Of a stretch of 64,000 nt of DNA, positions 55,991 to 64,000 are shown in pieces. The notes under the pieces were generated by a model, which was not told where the DNA came from, ran no database searches, and was given only the letters and a program-made list of their open reading frames with translations. The translations under genes were made by a program, and so were the position numbers. Source of the stretch: Octopus vulgaris (taxonomy: Eukaryota); the NCBI GenBank assembly GCA_951406725.2, contig OX597825.1:21638001-21702000 (forward strand), given 5' to 3'. The first letter of the stretch is position 1; each line of letters begins with the position of its first letter.

Positions 55991-57569
55991 TACACACATA
56001 TATATATAAATAAATAAACAGTCTTTGACTGCTATTTCTAATTTATCGGTATGTGGTTAAGCAACCTGTTACCTGCCTCTTTTATTTATATATAAAAATA
56101 TATATTGAACTTTTATAGAAGTTCCTACCGTTAATGGTTATATTTACATGCCCAAATCTACCCGTAAATAATTGTTGTTTTTTTTTAAACCATTAAAGTT
56201 ATTATTTACTCTTATTATATATATATATATATATATATAATCCATATGAGACTTATTTTGTTAAACCAAATTTTAATAAATTTCCTCAAATAAAATAAAT
56301 GAATCAGATTGTAAGTAAAAAAATAGATTAAATTTTATTTCGTATTCCATACTCCTATACAATTGTTTCGAACAAAAGGACCAATATTTCCATAAATAGA
56401 ACACCATAAAGGTCGAATTTCTCCTCTTCAATAAGTGAGATTTAAGTAAAATAAAAAAAACAAAAAGACCTCTCGAAATATACATAGGATTTTTTCAGGT
56501 ATTTCTATATTCATTCTTCCACTCAGTATTATTGAACCTAGACGGAAATCACTGAAGAACTTGGCTGGTTACATTACTAATATTTAAATATTTGACTTCC
56601 TCAGTATTAAAGCAAATACATAACTATTTTTTAAAAATCGCTATAGAAAATACTGGTCGAGATGCATGTCTATGCACGTTCATAAATACCAAATAAGGAG
56701 CTATATATTATGTGAAATTTATATTTAAATATTTGCTATTGGTCAACTTTCATTTCTACAATGTTTTTAAGTGAATAGGAAGCTAGTCCTAGGATGTGAG
56801 ATTGATTACTGTTTTTACATTTAAGTATTTCAGAAAAGTCAACAATCAATAGACAATATAGTTATTATATGTCGTTTACGTTGTCTAGAGACATCTAGAT
56901 TAATTTTCAACAAAATAGAAGAATTTTACGAAATGCATACAAACTTGAGTAAAGTTGCTTTAAGAGAGACCAACTTACGTGATTGCCATAAAATATAATA
57001 ATGTGGAACTGATTTATATTACGTATAGATCATAACACTATTTTTTCCATAAACTAAATATATCGAGCAAATATTATATTTATTAAAAAAAAAAACAACT
57101 CTTCTTCAATACGTAATATAGATCAATTCCACATTATTACATTTGCATACCAGCAAATGGTTCTTATACTATTTGTATATCGTTATAAACTGGTGATTCA
57201 GTTCGCCTCCGGTTCTGTTGAGATACTTAACACTGATGAATCACAAAAATTGCGAAAAATCGGTAACTATCACTCCTGAATGGGATTGGAGGCGAGTTGA
57301 CTCGTTTGTCTAAGACTGTCAGGTGTTTTAACATACATAGTGCTATGGGGAAGTCGTCGCCTAAGCGCTGTGCTGCAGCTTTTGGCGAAAAAGGAAAGTA
57401 TATACCACCGAGGGGATGCGGTCGATATTGTTTACAACACCAGTAGGCTTTTAATTCGTAATTACATATATACATACGTACACACGCAGACACACGTACA
57501 CACATACATATATACAACACCTAAACTTACAAAAATACTTTTACTCTTCTCCCACGTACATACATTTAA

Positions 57570-58200
57570 CATACTCAAACTAGCATTTATATACAGAGAA
57601 GATTTTTTAAGCCGCGTACGTTTAGTACATTTGGAGGACATTCTTTACGTTTTGTTATTTCTGTCAGACATTTGAAGACGTGCTTCGTGTATTACAGAAC
57701 AATATAAAAATTCTTTATTTTTTCTCTATGTATTTCATCCTAGTCTTTCGCCGGAAAATCACGGTTCGGAATGTTAATCTCCCGAGTTCCTTTGTTACAA
57801 AGTAGAATTAACTATCTCGAACCGTATTTTTCCTTTCGGCCTGCGCCTTTGCATGTTTTTATTCCTAATATCTTTGTGGATGCTTTGGATACAGAACATG
57901 CTTCCGGGTCACACTTACATAATAAATTCTGTTCCATTTCTTTCTCTAAGCAGTCTGAATTACATTATCGTAAAATTTTGTCTTCTCAATGTCGACTACA
58001 GTAGAATTACGTAGACAGAGTTAGTAAACTGTTTTTATTTTACTACATTAATGTCAACATTAACCTATTCTTCATATTTCTCGCAGTAGAAGGGTCTAGG
58101 AATTTCCTCTTTAATCATTCTTCCACAGGTGTATCCATAGGCATTTTGTCCAACTCTTTATCGATTCTCACACTCCAGTATCTAATAAAAACTTGCTGAA
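57570..58200 (-). pseudogene. Decayed RTE-type LINE AP-endonuclease region
   Basis: Minus-strand fragments YGYT, SVY, DIEKTKFYDN, LILLC, IPNRDFPAKD and NVLNVRG in the order expected for RTE APE (GYT..SG, VYAPT, EKD.FY, LL.LC, I.NT.F, V.DVR). Confidence 0.5.
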
Positions 58201-58698
58201 CAATTTACCAAATATATTAGAATTCCGAGATTGGCAGACATATTTTATAATAATACTGAGTTGCGTAAAACTTCTGACTAGAAGTAGCCACACTTGGCGT
58301 TAATGCAGCAATGCAGTTAAGTCTCCTAAATGTCTGAGAGAAGACAAACACAAACGTATTTCATAGAATCAGATGTATTGTGTGAATCTAAGCAAACATT
58401 AGTAGTCTTCCACCCAGCAATCAATGATCTGTCTTTTCTATATACTGATATCGGCTGAGTTACAATGCTTAGAGATATAACATACAGATTTAGAAATGTC
58501 ACAAGAAAATTATCAGAGCCAATAATATATTGCCTTGCTGACTGGATGCCAAGATATTTAGTGTCACAATTATTTCTTTATAAACACGTATCTATGATCT
58601 ATATGTGTGTGTGTATGTATGTATATGTGTGTGTGCATGTTTGCGTGCGTGTGTGCTTGTTTCTATGTATACATATATGTGTAGATATATATGTATAT

Positions 58699-58754
<56 letters not shown>

Positions 58755-58871
58755 AAATAGATATACATATTTACACATGCATACGTATATACATACATCT
58801 GTGTGTATATGTGTGGATGTATAAAGATATATATATATATTTATATATTTATACATATATCTATCTGTCTG

Positions 58872-58930
<59 letters not shown>

Positions 58931-58931
58931 G

Positions 58932-59015
<84 letters not shown>

Positions 59016-59019
59016 CCTC

Positions 59020-59392
59020 ACCGAGGTCGACTATGCCTTTCATCCGATCAAATAAGTACTTGACGTGTACTGGGGTCGATTGCATCGACACCTGTACTCA
59101 ACCAGTACTTATTTAGACCCCAAAATTAGATGAAAAGCGAATTTGTACTCAGAACGCAGCGACGGGCGAAATGCTGCTAAGCATTTTTTCCCGGGATGCA
59201 AACGATTTTTTTTTACTCTAGGCACACGGCCTGAAATTTTCGGAAAGGGGCTAGTCGATTAGATCGAGCCCCATACACAACTGGTAGTTAATTTATCGAT
59301 CCTGAAAGGATGAACGGCAACGTCGATCTCGGCAGAATTTGAACTCAGAACGTAAAGACAGACGAAATAACGCTAAGCATTTCACCCGATCG
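59020..59392. mobile_element. Cluster of SINE family A fragments
   Basis: + fragment 59020-59090; - fragments 59095-59205 and 59215-59392. Confidence 0.75.
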
Positions 59393-60444
59393 CCTTACTA
59401 GTAGCATGTAATGCATTTATAACATTAATAGTGATATGTACTTAAGAATAACATATTATTAATTAAAGTTCATTAATGAGAGTTGATTGGGCAAAACGGA
59501 TGCCTATTTGAGAATCAGTGTTACAAACATTCCTAAGAATGTGTGTGTCTTCTAAGGTACTAATTGTAAGGTGCAGCTGCAGACCTTAATTTCGATACAT
59601 GAGTGCATACACCAGTATATAACAATGAAAGGATTATCCAAAACAAAAGTCCGTGTTACAAGATTAGTGATATTTTTGGAAACAGCGCGGCCCAGATATA
59701 GTCAAGAATTAGATAAATTCCAAGAAAGCTGAAATTTTTGTTGGCCAGTTCGCCTTTTAGGTGAGGCTTTGTCAGTTTAAAATTTTGAATGTATATAATT
59801 GTACAACTACACTTTTCACAATTATTTCATTTATCCCTTTTAGCATCTTAATTCCTCGAAATTCTGGAGTTGCTTTTGTTACTTGTTTCTACTATAATTA
59901 CATTTTGATACACTGAATTTTGTATTTACATCCCCTGCATTAAAATTTATTTTCTCATTATATGAAAAATTTTAGTCCTTCATTCAGCGACCGTCATTTG
60001 AAATTTTCGCGGCTATTAGCAGTACGTAACTTGATCGAGATATAATACATTAGGAAAAGGACTCAAAATGATTATTGTGTCTTGCAAAGGCAAAAGCAAT
60101 CAAATCTATTCTTTGTATATCATCCATATTTACGTAATTGCTCTCTATAACGCACAGCAGGCGCTAAACAAGCTTCAAATGATACTCAGTTCCATCTTAC
60201 GCAATTCACTTTATATCTCATTATAAAATTTCCGGAGACAAATTCTGATAAATTTCATATTGTTAAAGCTGATATATGTTTCGTAGCATCTACTTGTATG
60301 CCTGTTTGTCTGTCTGTCTCGTTTTACGTCGTCGATCTCTGAGTAGAAATCTCTGTAAATGTTTGATCTGTTTCTAAAGAGTTACCATCTCTTTTCACAT
60401 ATGCACATATATGTCTGTGTGTATATATATATAAACACAAACAC

Positions 60445-60479
<35 letters not shown>

Positions 60480-60501
60480 AGCACACACACATATAGGTTT
60501 A

Positions 60502-60533
<32 letters not shown>

Positions 60534-60575
60534 CACATATATACACAAACACACTCACACACACATATATATGTT

Positions 60576-60609
<34 letters not shown>

Positions 60610-60695
60610 GTGTGTTTATATATATATGTATATATATATATACACACTCATCCATGTATATAATGACACACTCACACACACACAGACACACACAC

Positions 60696-60745
<50 letters not shown>

Positions 60746-61109
60746 GTACGTTTGTGTGCATGTGTGTATACATCACACACTTTTTACTTTAACTTAATAC
60801 ATTTCTGTTGTGAATCGAACGACGCAGCAAAATATTGTCATTAATATTGTACTCAGACAAGTAATTCTCCATATAAATCGTTAAGGAGCTGTGACTGTTA
60901 CCCATTAGATTATAGATTGTGGAGTCTTATGTAGTCTTCTTGTATATCATACGTTCTTATCAAATATTTAAGGATTATTGGTTTTCCGTTTATCATGAGA
61001 TATGTAACTTAATCATATTCTAAATGTGAAGTGATACCGGAAACAGAATAAAGTAGTATATGATTGCTTATGTACAGTATGAAATAATTAAACGAAAATA
61101 TGGCCGCAT

Positions 61110-61310
61110 CTATGTATGTATGTATGTATGTATGTATGTATGTATGTATGTATGTATGTATGTATGTATGTATGTATGTATGTATGTATGTATGTATGTA
61201 TGTATGTATGTATGTATGTATGTGTGTATGTGTATATGTATGTATGTATGTGTGTATGTATGTATGTATGTATGTATGTATCTATGTATGTATGTATGTA
61301 TGTATATATG
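61110..61310. repeat. (TATG)n microsatellite
   Basis: Direct reading; one of dozens of (TA)n, (CA)n, (TCTA)n, (TAC)n and (TATG)n tracts in the window. Confidence 0.95.
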
Positions 61311-61585
61311 TAAGTCTCTTCTGTATTTAATCGTATGTACGTATTCACGTCTGTAATTACTTATGTATCTTTGTATCTATAAACCTGTTAATATATAAAT
61401 ACGTATACCCCACCCCACCCATATATATATATATACATACATATATAATAAAATATACATATATATATAAACACACACATATATATACACATATGCATCT
61501 ATACTATATATATTTATACACATATATTATAGATATGACTGTATTGTATGTATGTATGTATGTATATATATATATTGTATGTATG

Positions 61586-61620
<35 letters not shown>

Positions 61621-61967
61621 TGCATTTCAGGATAGCCGTTTATTTATTTTTTGCCAAATAAACATACGCACCGTATATTCGTTCTTCACTCGCTTATTAC
61701 TCTTCAGGGCAGGAGTACACACGAGGACTGAAATTGTCGCCGAAGCGGTCACAGATTTGTGACAAAAGATTTCCCGATAATGGACATGAGTTAAAATAAG
61801 AACAGTAAAAAAAAAAAAAGAGTGAGAAGCGTATATATAGTGCTAGACTTTATTTGGCAAAAAAACTAAACAAAACAAAACAAAACAATGACCATCTTGA
61901 AATACAAGAATATCTGTTTCAACACACGGTTTCACACCAGGAAGCTTGCAATACAAATTCATAAACC

Positions 61968-62016
<49 letters not shown>

Positions 62017-62107
62017 ATATGTATAAGGGTGAAAAGGAACACACGAGTTGATATATATGAAAAAACAAGTCAAAATAGAAAATGCCAGAATAATTTTATA
62101 AAGAACA

Positions 62108-62150
62108 TTTCAGTACCGGTTTCGTTCATTTTGAGACCTTTTCAACTGTA
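62108..62150 (-). ncRNA. Minimal hammerhead-like motif, U3-A8 core
   Basis: Reverse complement: cag TTGAAAA g GTcTCA aaa TGAAC GAAA ccg GTA ctg; palindromic ACCGGU helix III. Confidence 0.55.
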
Positions 62151-62768
62151 ACGATTAAATAATTAAATTTAGAAAAATTAGAAGAAAAGTTTTTATACAC
62201 ATATATATATATACAATATGTATTCCTCTATATGATATATAATTATATAACTATACATGTATACACAAACACTCACGCACCTACACACACACACACACAC
62301 ACACATTCACATATTGAATATTGTTATTTCACGATATCATTGGAAACGATCAATTTGGTTATCACCCCTGGTTTACACATAATCTATTTTGTTGAATGAC
62401 GTTAAATGGCGGACTAAAAGGAGAAACGTCAGGTTACTGTTTCTTGAGTTAGTCGTGTATTTTGATATTACGGTTGCCAATACATTTCTCTTCTATTAGA
62501 TTTTCTCCACCAGAGGCTCTGAACTGAACAGTGCATTGAAACGAAACAATTGGTTATTATTCGGTGCCACTACCCTATACACAAAACGAAAAGTAAAGTT
62601 GTTGTATTCCTTTCTGCTCACTTTTTTAATTAGCATTTAGTGTATTCCGGTCAATTAGGAACCACTTGGGTCTATATAAATTTATACTGCTAAATAGAAT
62701 ACATGTGCATATACATGTGTATTGTTGATATAGTTGTGGCAACTCAGGTGCGATGTATAAACATCAAA

Positions 62769-63156
62769 TACTAGCAGTATCGCCCGGCGTTGCTCGAGTT
62801 TGTTTCGACACTTTAGAATTGGAATTTTTGAAAAGTAAAAGATTTGCATTATGTAGCTTGTTATTTTTTTTAAGTTAACATTTTTCTGGTCTAAATACAC
62901 CGGAAAATGGTGACACAGCAGTCAAAAATCGTAAAAAATAGTGATTTTCAAAGAAAAAAAGCACCTTTTTGATGTAAATAATTTTTGGTGTTAACATGGT
63001 CCGATTTGAATTTTTTCTTCTACGGAAGGAAGAACAAGCCTTCTTCTATCATACTCTCAATTTTCGTCAACTTGAGCAGCAGGGTCTCGGAGAACATAGT
63101 GTTAGTTGAAGGTTACCAAACCTGCCATACACAGACAACTTCAGCTTTATATATAG
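62769..63156. mobile_element. Non-autonomous Helitron-like element
   Basis: One end tactagcagtatcgcccggcgttgctcgag (CTAG terminus next to a GC-rich subterminal hairpin, read on the minus strand); other end cagctttatatataga; layout typical of invertebrate non-autonomous Helitrons. Confidence 0.6.
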
Positions 63157-64000
63157 AAAGATTACATCTATTTCTTTGCATAATGTAGTTTCGATCTGTA
63201 GTCGCTGGGTTAAGGATCCAGGGCGCTTCTACCACGACACTCTACTCAACAAGAGACTACATAACGTGTTACTTCTAATATTGCCTGTTCTGTGTTACAG
63301 TATTTCTATTACATCATCGATTATATGTTATTTATTTATACATCTTTCCATACATTGAACTGTTGCAAATATACGAAATACAGAAACTAATCTACATGCT
63401 GCTGCTCTGAGATATTAATTTACTTACTAAATGGTGACATTTCCCTCTGTCGATAATCCAAAAGTCACATTTGACAAACCATACACATAGATAATTTTTT
63501 TATGGATGCCACTTCGGTTGACATTTTCAAATCAGCCGGAAGCAAATCAATTCAGTAAATGTTTCCCTTCACCAGAACAGCATAATAAGCAAGCTTACTA
63601 GTCTTACTAAATAAGTAAATGTAGCACACTTCATGGTGAATCGCTGAAGCACGATTAAACGATCGATCTTACATGAATATTAGACTACTTCGTAATAATT
63701 TTGATTACACACGGTTCTTGCTGTGCTTGTTGTTGGTGTTGTTGTTCTCCAGCCTGGACTATTGTCTGATTGTTAGATATATTATAATTGAACTTACGTT
63801 ATCCGGTATTTCTGTCGTGTAAAATGACAGTTAAATATAGTTTAATGGAGGATTATCTGGTAATTCACGTCGACATGATCATTCTAGCTGGTGGAATGAT
63901 CACTTCGACGTTCTTACTCTAGTCCAAGTTGCTTGCTTTTTAGTACAGGTCGCAACAAGAAAGCGTAGAGAAATAGTTGGGCTTGGCTTTTCTGCTGTAT

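Overview
AT-rich, microsatellite-saturated eukaryotic DNA with no prokaryotic features. The tRNA-derived SINE families and (TA)n/(CA)n/(TAA)n density suggest an octopus (coleoid cephalopod) genome; this is inferred and not database-checked. The only long coding element is a nearly intact RLE-type non-LTR retrotransposon (R4/Dong-like, ~3420-7380). Its single ORF is broken only by three 1-bp homopolymer deletions. The rest is SINEs (three families, several with TSDs), decayed LINE, mariner/Tc1, hAT, piggyBac and Helitron-like fragments, and one candidate host-gene exon (35478-35689, signal peptide plus an MRH-like start). The most notable signal is a set of about nine type I hammerhead-ribozyme-like motifs, mostly in short elements flanked by microsatellites. 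Their catalytic core shows three Watson-Crick variants of the 3-8 tertiary pair (C-G, U-A, G-C), with palindromic helix III as in Penelope/retrozyme minimal hammerheads. Almost all short ORFs in the track are microsatellite or SINE artefacts.
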